From Podarcis erhardii (taxonomy: Eukaryota), in assembly GCA_964252035.1 (NCBI GenBank), contig OZ176202.1: 64,000 bases of DNA; one strand, written 5' to 3'. The notes under the pieces were generated by a model. That model was not told the DNA's origin. It worked only from the letters and a program-made list of their open reading frames with translations, and ran no database searches. The position numbers and the translations under genes are program-made. Below are positions 13,226-24,908 of this stretch, piece by piece. The stretch's first letter is position 1; each line of letters opens with the position of its first letter.

Positions 13226-14185
13226 CGTTTCATGGTATATGGTTCCATGTACTTATGTATTCATCTGTAGTGTTATCTGCTTGGATATTTTTATGGTCTA
13301 TAAATGTTCAAATAAATAAAATAAAAGTTTGGGTTAAGTTTGTAGATGTTGGAAAGAGGACAGATTGGAACCTATGCTTAAAACATATATTTTGCTTCCC
13401 CACCATCTCTGATATTTCTTCAGATCATTTTAATATACCATTTCTATCTGAAGCAATGAAATAACTTGTTAGTTTGGAGACTAGTATAGTATACTGTGCT
13501 GCTGCCAGGCTATTTTGTGCCCTGGGCAAGGCTAACTACTTGCAGGGGTGCACTTTGTCTTTCAAATTTCAGTGGTGTCTTATGTGAAGCTAATACCCCA
13601 CCCCACCCCGCCAAAAGCCTCTTGCCTTCCTTTCTGCTCAGTGTCATAGTTGCAACGCCCTGTGGTACCCCCTGAGCTCGGCACCCAGTGCGGTGAAACC
13701 AACCAAGCTGCCCTAAATTCACCTCTGTACTTGCACCCCCTCACCAATTGCTATTGTTCAAAAACAGGTGTCTTGTAGAAAAAATGAAAAGCACAAAATT
13801 TGAAATTGCTAAATTTATTTTAAATTGCAAGAATAAGTAATGCAACAATCTTTGATTATCTTTCTCAAATACAAAAATGTTTTAGCACACAAATCATTTT
13901 GAATAATCTTGTGAATTGTGATGTTAAAATTTAAGTTTCTTAAAAGATTCAATTTCAGGAAAATCAAAATCTCTGCATGTCTTTTCCTTGGCACATTTTG
14001 TAACCAATTCCTTCAGGTCAATTGCTGATGATTGGGCGTATATCAATTGGACATAGCTGTCAGTTTGCCAACTAGTCTCCTTTACAACATGGTTGACCAT
14101 ATGTAAGTTTTTATAAGTTTGAGCTTTGAGAAATTACGATCACCACTTGCCACTGACAGTGGAAGTTTGAGAAGGATCCTCAGAG

Positions 14186-14390
14186 CAGGGCTTCCCAACT
14201 GTGTGTTGCAACACATTAGTGTGTTGGCTGCAGTATGTAGGTGTGTTGTGTGAACTCTCCCCGCTCTCCTTCCGGGCCCGGGAAGGGGTTAGTTTAACCT
14301 CCAGTTTGCTAGTAAAACTGAATTACTGTGTCGTGAAATTATGCATGTCTAAAAAGTGTGTCACCAACATGAGAAGTTTGGAAAGTTCTG
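14186..14390. mobile_element. hAT (Charlie-like) MITE
   Basis: TIRs cagggcttcccaact / agtttggaaagttctg. 8-bp TSD cctcagag/cctgagag (7/8). Related copy at 57991. Confidence 0.85.
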
Positions 14391-15212
14391 CCTGAGAGCA
14401 ATAGAAACATTAGGCACATTATCCAGGAGTTTTTGCTGTAGTATGAAGAGAGGTACTCCTTATGGTAGCATAGACTTTGAAAGTCTAGAAGCTATTGCTG
14501 TAAGTTCACCACACAGTTCTTCAGCATCAATATCTTTGTTTCCATTGAGCACCCACGATTTTTGCAAATTCTTTCAGGCCTTAAGTACATATTCAGTAGA
14601 CTAAATACCAGTAGTCTATAAGTCTGAAAGGGTGTGGTTATCTAAACTGAAGTGTCTTTCTCAGTTCTGTCCATTCATTTATGACTCACCCTATTATTTT
14701 TTATGATTGTAAGGTGTTTTAAACTGTTGTTAATGTTGTGTTTTAATGTTGTAACCCCTCCTGGGACCTTAGGGTGAAGGGTGGGTAATAAAGTAGTCAG
14801 AGTTGGAATAGGAGTAGTAATATCTATGAGTTGAGTGCTTTGAGTAAAATGGGGCTTTACTATTCTCTTCTTGGTTCCTGAAAATCAGGCATATTCACAT
14901 GCACATGCACATGAAAGAAGGCAAGAGCACTAAACGCCATTGAGCTTTGCAAATTTACCAGATGTGAAGAGCAGCTTGATGAATCGTCAGCACTTGGCTT
15001 TTCATGTTTGATAGCTTTTCTGCAAGACTACTTCAGAAGCAATGCCATGTATAATATAGGGAGTTTGCATAGGTGTACAGATTCATTGCACAGTTTTAGA
15101 CTGCATAATCCTTGAGGCTCCTCAGAGTCTGTGGGCATAAAGTGGTATTATTAATTCAAATAATGAGATGTGGATTTCATTTTATGTTTATTAAAATTTA
15201 AGTTGTGTAATA

Positions 15213-15526
15213 CAGTGGTGCCCCTCAAGACGAATGCCTCGCAAGACGGAAAACTTGCTAGACGAAAGAGTTTTCCGTTTTGGAGGTGCTTCGCAAAACG
15301 AATTTCCTATGGGCTTGCTTTGCAAGACGAAAATGTCTTGCGAGTTCCTGCGGGGTTTTTTTTCCTCCCCCCCCCCCTTTTTCTAAGCCGCTTATCCGCT
15401 AAGCCGATAAGCCACTAAAAGCCGCTAATCCGCTAAGCCGTCAATGGGCTTGCTGCGCAAGACGAAAAAACTGCTAGACGAAGAGACTCGCGGAACGGAT
15501 TCTTTTCGTCTTGCGAGGCACCACTG
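15213..15526. mobile_element. Tc1/mariner (Tigger-like) MITE, 314 bp
   Basis: TIR cagtggtgcccctcaagacgaa / ttcgtcttgcgaggcaccactg with TA on both sides. Internal ctaagccg repeats. Confidence 0.88.
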
Positions 15527-17151
15527 TATAGGTTAAACTATTCCTGTTCTTAGTGTAGAGCTAATAATTGTAATCAGAATATATCATTAAAATTATTTTT
15601 TTAACTAAGGTGAATACTTTTTGGTTATGAAAAAGTAAAAATGTTGGAGGAAATACTTAAATGCTTAATCCCTGCACATTAACCATTGAAAAAGTCCCTT
15701 TGAGTTAAGTGAGAGTATTAATCTTGCAGTAAAGGTGGAAATCCTATACATACTTACCTCGGAGTGAGCACAAACAAACATAATGAAGCTTTCTTTATTT
15801 CAAAAATGTCTAAGCCACCCCTCATCTAAACAGATCATCAACAGTAAAAGAATAAAAGTAAAACACAATAATCATAAAACAATAGAAGCTAAAAGACCAT
15901 CCAGAAAACCCAACCAACCAAAAGTAAACAAGAAAATCATAACTTGGTGCCAGAAATATATTTTGACTTCCATTAATATGTCTTATTTACTATAAAGGAA
16001 GAAGAATGTTTTAGTTTTCTTTTCAGAAGAACAATATTGCAATTACATTTATTTAGTAACATTTAAAAACATGGGCTACTTTGTTTGAAATAGGAGTGAT
16101 TGTATTCCACAATGAAAGACTATAGGATAGTATTTTTGCAGGCCTTGTATACATGCAAGTAATCCCACAGCAAGAAAACTTGTTATCTCATGATAGAGAA
16201 TGACATGCGGGTAACATTTCTAGGCTGCACTCCTGATATGTTGCATGTATTCAGCTTTTGCAGGCTAGGAACTGCCTACAGTATAACTAATTTCTCCTAG
16301 GAAAGGCAATGAGTTACTCTTCCTGCTCTAGTGGTTGACTTGGTTGGGGGGTGGGGGTGGGAAATGAATGATACATTGTGTGTCCTGGTGTAGCAAATCA
16401 CTTGGCAGAGGAGAAATAGACCTTTTGGTAATTGTCTTCTTGAGTGCTTTTTTTTTTTTTTTTGTAGAAAAAAGGGTGCTAGTACTGACCATAAAGTTCT
16501 TACAGTAAGTGCCACACTTTTAACATTTTGAGGGGGCAGTACTGTGTACCCTTGAGTACCCCCAGAAAAAAACACACGCTGGTCTTCTCAGATACACATT
16601 TCCAAAGCACTGAGAGTTCATTTGAGTTGTGAGTAACGAGAGATATCCCAGCCAAAAGGGTAGAGCTATATAGATGGTGTATAGGTTGGGAGAAAATATG
16701 TCCTGGGGGAAAAGATGAATGTGCTTTCTCAGATGAATGGTTGTTGAATGCTGCAGAGACTCTAAAACATTGCAGACCTGGCCGGAAGATAATGCTTAGA
16801 ATTTTAGAGCATTCAGACTGTAAAATAAGCTTCATAGAAGGACAGTGTGATTCAAAGTGTTTGAGAAAGTGTACATTAGCAGCGCTTGATCCTGATGGGT
16901 GGATCCACCTCGTTTTACACTAAGCAGCCGCAACTATAGGATGTTCTGCAGTAGCTTCAGTGTTAGATTTTATCGAACAAGAATAAAAGTAAATGAAGGC
17001 CTAATATAAAAATATAATATAATAAAACACAGTTTCATAGAAGAGCATAATTGGCAGGATAAACTGGTGCCTATTCTGTTTCATAAGAAGGCAGTCTGTA
17101 TATGGAAACTGTTGATGACAAAGAAAATACCATATTTGGCAAATGCAATGC

Positions 17152-17186
<35 letters not shown>

Positions 17187-17417
17187 CCCCCCCCCATGTG
17201 GTAGACTTCATAGGATTTTGCACTATGAGACATGTGTATATGTGAAGAATACAAGCTTTATTTACCTGGAAAATAGCTCTTGACCTCCTATTTTACGTAT
17301 AATACTTGTCCTGTGCTAACATGAGTTTGTGTGTTTTTTTCACTATGTATTGGAAAGTCCCTCGACTTTTGGGTAAATTACAGTTGGGCATGAGAAAAGT
17401 TCCCAGAATATAAAGTA

Positions 17418-17537
17418 GGGTTGAAAAACTTGTGACCCTCTTATTGTTTTTTTAACTCCAGCTCCCATCACCCCCCCAACTGCTGGTCATGCTACCTGGG
17501 ACTCATGGTAGTTTGGAGGGTTGCAGGTTCCCCAACC
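17418..17537. mobile_element. Degenerate hAT-type MITE (actccagctcccatca family)
   Basis: Similar to copies at 40764-40893 and 54324-54453. Confidence 0.5.
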
Positions 17538-18036
17538 ATAATCTACAACCATGAGGTGGTGACTTGCCACCTCACTCTGCATAGCTGGCTTCTGCGAGGC
17601 ATCTGAAGATGGCCCAGTCACACAGAACTAGAGCACACCAGAAGATTAGAAACCGACTTGTTTCTGGGTGGATCTGAAGCCCAATACCAATAAGAGTTTG
17701 GATGTTATTTTTCTGTAGATCTTTCTAGGAAAGCATTAAAATGGTATGTTGGTTCTAAAGAAGTGCTGCTTTTGCTTCTCCGTGACACACAACCCACTGG
17801 GACTTGTACGAAATTCAGACTACACAGCTACTTTTCATCACTAATTTAAAGCAACAAACAGCTTGTTCCTGTATAGTTCCAAAGATTTTTTTTGCAGTTG
17901 CTTAGGAATTTTAAATATGCTTCCAGCCTAATTGCACGGTAGATTTAACTGTACCCAAATATTCAAAAACTGAGCATATGTGAAATAAGTCTAGATATAG
18001 TGTAGGAGTGGACTGAATTCAGCACTGAGTGAACTA

Positions 18037-18278
18037 CAGTGGTACCTCGGGTTACATACGCTTCACGTTACATACGCTTCAGGTTACAGACTCCGCTAGC
18101 CCAGAAATAGTGCTTCAGGTTAAGAACTTTGCTTCAGGGTGAGAACAGAAATTGTGCTCCGGCGGCGCGGCGGCAGCAGGAAGCCCCATTAGCTATAGTG
18201 GTGCTTCAGGTTAAGAACAGTTTCAGGTTAAGTATGGACCCCCGGAACGAATTAAGTACTTAACCCGAGGTACCACTG
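18037..18278. mobile_element. Tc1/mariner (Tigger-like) MITE, 242 bp
   Basis: TIR CAGTGGTACC...GGTACCACTG with TA on both sides. Same length and family as 1633-1874. Confidence 0.9.
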
Positions 18279-18549
18279 TACTTTTAAAATATAGAATTCA
18301 CCATGTGCATTAAATTTACAAAGAGTGGCCTACTCAGATCTCTTAACTATTAAGACACAACAAATTTGTGTTAACTGATTCTGACTGTGTACTCTTATTT
18401 AGCTAACATAAGTAATTTGTTGGTTCAGCCCAACATATCAGTGTTATTTGCAAAAATCCCAGCAACTACCAAGCAATAGGCTGTCCATCAGTAGATAATG
18501 GTATGTATTCTGTGCACCCTGATAGAGTGAATTTGACTGTTTTCGATTA

Positions 18550-18787
18550 CCGTATTTTTTGCTCTATAAGACTCACTTTTTCCCTCCTAAAAAGTAAGGG
18601 GAAATGTGTGCGCGTCTTATGGAGCGAATGCAGGCTGCGCAGCTATCCCAGAAGCCAGAACAGCAAGAGGGATTGCTGCTTTCACTGCTCAGCGATCCTT
18701 CTTGCTGTTCTGGCTTCTGAGATTCAGAATATTTTTTTCTTGTTTTCCTCCTCTGGCCTGGTGCGTCTTATAGAGCGAAAAATACGG
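18550..18787. mobile_element. Tc2-like MITE, 238 bp
   Basis: Termini ccgtattttttgctctataag / cttatagagcgaaaaatacgg with TA on both sides. Confidence 0.87.
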
Positions 18788-19639
18788 TAAATATGTAAAG
18801 TGAGTTAATTTTAGGTTCTGTTTCTTAAGTAGTAATGGCTTTTATTTTACTTCTTTTGGTCAAGGATCCTATAATAGCAGAAATAGCCTCAGCATTGTTG
18901 GATACATATCACAGACAGTGTGGCATGGCGATTAAACTGTTGTTTCAATATGGGAGAATCTGGTTCAAATCCTTGCTCAGCTGTGACACTTGTTAGGTGG
19001 CCTTGACCAAGTTCCTGTCTAAGGTTACCTGTGTCCTAAGACTTTTGGTAGGCTAAATGACAGTCTTGGGGTCCTTGGAGGAAACTGGGATTTTCATGGT
19101 GGCATCCAATGCTGCAGTTCTGCTTTTGCAACAGACCTCTGTGTTCACGAGGAAACTTTCTCTCCCATCTCCTCCAGCCTTATTTGCACTCTAAAAATCA
19201 GCTCCAGAGGATTGGGGAACCCTCTGGAGCAATTTAGGAAACATGCAGGGGGACATGAGGAAACAGAAGTCCCGTTGCACCAGTGGAACTAAGCATGTGG
19301 ACTATTGGATACAAGCCTAAGGCTGCAGTTATTTCACGCTTACCTGGAAGTTTCATTGAACTGAGACTGTTTCTGAGTATACATAGGATTGCACTGCATA
19401 TTGTTTGTTGTACAATAGCAATTTGCTTGGTGTCCTTTACGCTGGTAGTTTATCACTCACAGATAAAATAATCTGATTTCTCATTCTGATCTTAAATGTG
19501 TTGCTTATTGGGGTCAAGAGTGGAGCAGGATGTATTGATTTAAATCAAAGCGATGGGGAGGGGGAGAGGTTGTGAATGTAATGGTGCATATAAAATAAAT
19601 TAAAAGTTAATTTTCTGTCAAACCAACATAGGTAAAATA

Positions 19640-19730
19640 AATCAAAAATTTTAAAAATTCAATTTTTTTTAAAATAGTCTAGTAGCACCTTAGAGACCAA
19701 CTAAATTTGTTCTAGGTATGAGCTTTCGTG
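19640..19730 (-). mobile_element. Antisense, truncated copy of the same PLE-type repeat (3' half of hammerhead only)
   Basis: The reverse complement of 19682-19730 matches 23810-23858 at 45/49 positions by manual alignment. It abuts a Sauria SINE at gtg. Confidence 0.7.
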
Positions 19731-20086
19731 GGTGGCGCTGTGGTCTAAACCACTGAGCCTAGGGCTTGCCTATTGGAAGGTCGGCGGTTCAAACCCCCAC
19801 GATGGGGTGAGCTCCCGTTGCTCGGTCCCAGCTCCTGCCAACCTAGCAGTTCAAAAGCACATCAAAGTGCAAGTAGATAAATAGGTATCACTCTGGCAGG
19901 AAGGTAAATGGTGTTTCCGTGTGCTGCTCTGGTTCGCTAGAAGCGGCTTAGTCATGCTGGCCACATGACCCGGAAAAACTGTCTGTGGACAAACGCCGGC
20001 TCCCTCGGCCAGTAAAGCGAGATGAGCACTGCAACCCCAGAGTCATTCACGACTGGACTTAACTGTTAGGGGTCCCTTTACCTTTT
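19728..20086 (-). mobile_element. Sauria SINE, full length, antisense
   Basis: Reverse complement of the SINE consensus seen elsewhere in the window. Ends in ggggtccctttaccttt. Confidence 0.92.
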
Positions 20087-20089
20087 TAA

Positions 20090-20256
20090 GGCAGTGTTTC
20101 CATGCGCTGCTCTGGTTCGCCAGAAGCAGCTTAGTCATGCTGGCCACATGACCCGGAAGCTGTACACCGGCTCCCTCGGGCAATAAAGCGAGATGAGCGC
20201 TGCAACCCCAGAGTCGGTCACGACTGGACCTAATGGTCAGGGGTCCCTTTACCTTT
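20090..20256 (-). mobile_element. Sauria SINE 5' half, antisense, tandem with the previous copy (different subfamily variant)
   Basis: Has ccggaagctgtacaccggc where the neighbouring copy has ccggaaaaactgtctgtggacaaacgccggc. Confidence 0.9.
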
Positions 20257-21925
20257 AGGCTATTTTTAATTTTTTTAATTTTTTATTTATTTCGGCTCTG
20301 TCAAACCAACATGGCTACCTACCTGAATCTTGCAACATAGGTAAAGACTGGATCCGGAGACCCCAGTATGATGAATGAATGGTCCATCTTTTAAAATTGC
20401 TGTCAGCAAAAGAAGACTTTATTCCATTACAGGCTGAGTAAAAGCAAATTCCTCTGTCTCATATCCATGGGGGCTGTTGCCTGGTAACTGCCAGCAAGGG
20501 AAGGATTGCTTTTGTCATGGGTGGAATGAGATAAAAGTTCTCAACCCCACTCCCTTGCCTCATAGATCATCGGTGAGCTTCAGTGCCTAGTAGGTGATGG
20601 CAGAAGGATGAGGGCAGGAAATGTCACCTGAACAATTGTACCATAGGTCACCACATTATTTCTGTTTCTGATACCAGGCTTGAATATGGTTTTTATTGCA
20701 ATAACCTTTTTGTAAACCACTCTGAGAGACCATCAGGACTTTGAAGCAGGATATGAGTATCTTAAACATGAGGTTAGGCCAGAAATGTAGTCTTTACAAT
20801 TTCATTTCATTTCATTTATTTTTTGAAAAATATCTGCTTTAACTGAAATAACTCAATTTTAAATTTTTAAAAACTGATTGTTTAACAAAAAATTTAAATT
20901 ATCCATCCTAGGGTGGAATAGGGTGTAGCCAATGATGTTTGGGTGATCTCCAGTTGACCTAGCTAGAAATGTGTTACATTTTTGTGCATGATTAGGAGTA
21001 AGAATATTATTTTCGTAACTATACTATTAAAGGGCAGGAACCTGTGGGTGTACTTTATATTTTCAGGAAATGCCAGATCTTTTTCAGCTTTACTTCCAGA
21101 TGTTGGCACTTTTCTGTTTGTCAGGAAAAGTATGTGAAGAATGATTCTAAAGAGTGAAAACAGAGTAATAACTGTTAAAATTGAGAGAGATGTTTGTGGC
21201 TTTTTCTTTCTTTTCTAACCTTGGTGTAAATAACATTCTGTTACCCAGCTGCCATTCCTGCAGACTATAGGGTTTTCCCTCATCTGCTAGACAGAAAATT
21301 GGCAGGCAGTTGCAGTCTTCTTTTTTTAAGTGCCTTTAGAATATATGTGTGCTTGTGTGTGAAGGGTTGATTCACTCTTCTTCATTCCATCTTTTGTTTT
21401 TCTTCCCTGTTTTGGCTTTGATAGCTCAGACTTGCAAACCAAATTTCTGTGTCACTCCCCCCTCTCCCCCCCCCCGGCTGTTGTTTTGACCGTTTTTGGA
21501 GTCTGTATTCTGTTATAGTATATGTGTGTCTATCCTTCCCTTCATTCTCTGCACTTTTTCTATGCCTATATTAAGAAGGAAAGGTTGCACAGCGAAATTC
21601 CTCTTGCACATTGCTGCCATCATCCATCTGCACTGCAGCAGTATTTTGTAGATTTCCTGTGTAACAGCATCATGCCTTGCTGTGTTGGCTTCAGAGTCCA
21701 AATCAGAAGAGCCTGAGGGCCATTTTTATTTGGCCACTTTCCCACTGTGAATTACTTTTTGCAAGGCACACTTTTCAGTGTGTTTTGTCCAGAGCGCAGT
21801 CATGAATGGATTTGATGTATGTTCCATTATATGACAGAAACCAGTCCTCCTTCCTATGTTTTTGACTGACAGTTAAACACAAACTGGACTCATCTGGCTA
21901 TTCTTGACTCTCTCTGCCCTGTAAA

Positions 21926-22122
21926 AAGAACACAGGAATCTACCTTAAAAGGTCAGATCATTTTTCTGTCTAGTCTACTCTAACTGCCAGCAACTCTTTG
22001 AGGCTTTACGTGGATGTCTTCTCTGACACCTTCTATCTGATCATTTTCAAGATGTCAGGAATGGAACCTGTGCACATCTGCCTGCAAAGCATGTGCTGGA
22101 ACATTGAACTATAGTCCTGCCC
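21926..22122 (-). mobile_element. Degenerate MIR/Squam3-like SINE
   Basis: aagaacacaggaatctacc tail and tgcctgcaaagcatgtgct head remnant. Confidence 0.5.
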
Positions 22123-23786
22123 CCTCTTAAGTAGAAAGAGATTGCTGACAGGCTGATCAACAGCACGTGACAGGAGTTTTTCTTAATTGCATCTCATCTT
22201 GTGGTTCTCGGTCTCTGCGTTTGTGGAATTTTTTTCTGTTCTATCCCTTCTGTAAGCTAAGTCTGCTATATGCACTAAGAATGTTCAGTCCGAATTCTAT
22301 GTTTACCTGATCCCTGCTTGTCTGTTCTGTTTCCCCTAGTTCTGATCCTCCCACATCATATTTCCAGAGCCAGTAAGCCCTATAGCACTGCCCTTCTGAT
22401 CTTCTTCCAGAATCAGTCACGGAGAGCCAGAATTCTAAGTCCTGCTGGTTTTGTGGGAGGCAGTAATGTGTGTGAACTTGATAAGATGGAGTCCCATGTC
22501 AACATCCTCTGTAGTAGCCTGTACAATACTCATTTTGATTGAAAAGTTAATGTGTTAGTCCACAGGATTTGGTTAAATATCCTTATATTAGGAAGTAGAT
22601 TCACTTTAGAAATGCTCCTAGTTTAATTTTAAACTGGGTGGGCAATGATTGGAACTCTTTTGTGGCAGGGCAGCAAATTTCATTAGAGGTCAATGTTGTG
22701 CTCTTCTGCTTGTTTCATCTGCACAAGATTCCAGTTTGCCAATGTAACGAAAGGTTGCATTTGGGCTTTTTGATTCAAAGAAAAGGTAAGCGAGAGGTGA
22801 CATGATAGAAGCTTTGTTTATGTTCAGTGATGATAAAGGAAGCAAAATGACAAGGACTGTTGCTTTCATGATCTGCTTGTGGGAGTCTTAAAAGTATCTG
22901 CATACTTAATATTAGAAATGTGATGATGTGCTAGGTTGATCCTTGGTCTGACCCAGCAGAATTTTTCTTATGTTCTTATCCAGTAAGCAGTAGCTGCTTG
23001 CCCAGACCTCTTCGCTGACCAAGCAATGAAACTGCTGTGAGAGAACATCTTCATAGTTTGGCCACTGAGTTTTTTTCTTAATGATTTTGCTGCTGCAAAG
23101 ACTGCAGATGTTTACATACAGAGAAATTATGATGATGTTGATGATACAGCAAATTGACCTCTCAAGTTAGAGCTGTTCAAAAATAAATGGCCCAGGGAAT
23201 TAATTATTCTTGCACTATCTGTCTTTATGGAACCCTATGGTCACATAGTTCCTTAACTATTTTCTTAGTCATGAAAAGTATTCTAAACATTATTAAAGAT
23301 GTAGTGATATCATAAATCATCAGATGTAGCACAGGCATATTTTAGAAGTTACTCCCCCCCCCCACTACTTTTACCAGTGCTTATTTTTCAAGTATTCCCA
23401 CGACAGCATCTTATTAATGCATGACCTCGCCTGCACATACACATGAATGTACACTCCACCAGCACGTGTTTGAGATCTTTAGCTAAGAGTCATGGTGCAC
23501 CATTCATATAAGGGGGAATTAATAGCCAAACAACAAACCAAAGTTTAGAATGAAAAAAAGTTGCAGTTAAAAAAACCAAAAGAAACATTATACAAGCAGT
23601 ATGTAGATTAGATTGTCAATTACTTGGTTAAATCTAAGGAGAAGTAGAGACATGAGGAATCTAATATCAACTAAAGAGAGGGAAGGGTAATAGGCATCAG
23701 AGAGACACAAAGAGATCAGTGGGTTAGAGGAGTAGTATAAAATATCAAAATTAAGAAACTTGCATCATAAATTCAGATTGACTCCT

Positions 23787-23824
23787 GTATCTGAAGAAGT
23801 GTGCATGCACACGAAAGCTCATAC
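23787..23824 (+). ncRNA. Minimal type I hammerhead ribozyme motif (Penelope-like element derived)
   Basis: Stem I GUAU(23787-90)/AUAC(23821-24). Core CUGAAGA(23791-97) plus an extra A. Stem II GUGUG-CAUG-CACAC(23799-812). GAAA(23813-16). Palindromic stem III AGCU. Predicted cleavage after CUC at 23820. Confidence 0.8.
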
Positions 23825-23911
23825 CTAGAACTAACTCAGTTGGTCTTTAAGGTGCTACTGGAAGGAATTTTTTTATTTTGTTTTGACCATGGCAGACCAA
23901 CACGGCTTCCT
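23787..23911 (+). mobile_element. Penelope-like element terminal-repeat fragment carrying the hammerhead
   Basis: gtatctgaagaagtgtgcatgcacacgaaagctcatacc...ttggtctttaaggtgctactgg...gcagaccaacacggct resembles the recalled reptile PLE terminal repeat. A second, antisense partial copy lies at 19682-19730. Confidence 0.6.
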
Positions 23912-23968
23912 ATATTTTTGATATGTACATTTTCCTTGAAAGTATACTTTTTCTTACACCCTGTTTCT

Positions 23969-24140
23969 TAAGAATGTAGGAAGCTGCCTTACACTTAGAC
24001 TATGAGCCCATGTAGGTCAGTAGTATCAACAATGGCAGCAACTCTCAAAGGTTTCACATATGAGCCTATTCCAAACCTATATGCGGATACTGAAGATGGA
24101 ACCTTTCACATGCAAAGCAGATGGCTCTACCACAGCCCAC
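23969..24140 (-). mobile_element. Degenerate MIR/Squam3-like SINE
   Basis: aagaatgtaggaagctgcc tail and catgcaaagcagatggctctaccac head. Confidence 0.55.
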
Positions 24141-24221
24141 AAGGTGCTTAAATTGCTCAGGTGCTTAATAAAACCTTGGCACAAGGATAACTTGCAGGAG
24201 CATTTCTGGGTTCTCGAAATC

Positions 24222-24385
24222 AGGAAGCTGTCTCATACTGAGTCTATCTAGCTCAGTATTGCTTCCACTGATAGGCAGTGGCTTCCATGTGGGGGACATT
24301 CCCAGCCCGACCTGGAGATGGCAGGGATTGAGCCTGGGACTCTTTGTATGCAAAGCAGATACACCACCACTGAGCCATGGCTCTT
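24222..24385 (-). mobile_element. MIR/Squam3-like SINE
   Basis: cccagcccgacctggagatggcagggattgagcctggg...tgcaaagcagat...accactgagc is the reverse complement of the 36-212 family. Confidence 0.65.
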
Positions 24386-24908
24386 TCCTCTAGTGTTCAA
24401 ATGGCTGTGAGCTGGTGGGGAAATTTTGAGATCAGTGGACAACTAATATGAAGGGCTCTGCCCATAACCCTCCAATTGGACTCCTCTTAGGTTATAGCTG
24501 AAATGTGTTTATAATGAGTTACCTCTTCTATCTCATGACAATTTATCACAGACTGTCCATTTGGTTTAGACTGTCAGTTCTGTTTTCTCAGCCTTTGTGT
24601 TTTGTGAGTTCTGCAGAATGACCAGAGGAAATGAGAGCCAGAAAAAAGAGAAAAAATTGACAGGTGAAGTTTTCTGCAATCCCCACATGACAAACCACAG
24701 TTCTTTTCCAGAGTCTATTCTTTTGCGTAGCTCTTTAAGGTATCAAATAGCTACAATATGGAAATTCATGATAGTATTTCCCAATCCTATTTATTTAATT
24801 TTAAACTTTAAATAACTGTAGATTGCTCCCATTTTGATCTGGATAGATGAACAACCTTCTAGCTTAAGGGTGCCATATGTCCAGAATTTCCTGGGCACAG
24901 CTGGAATA

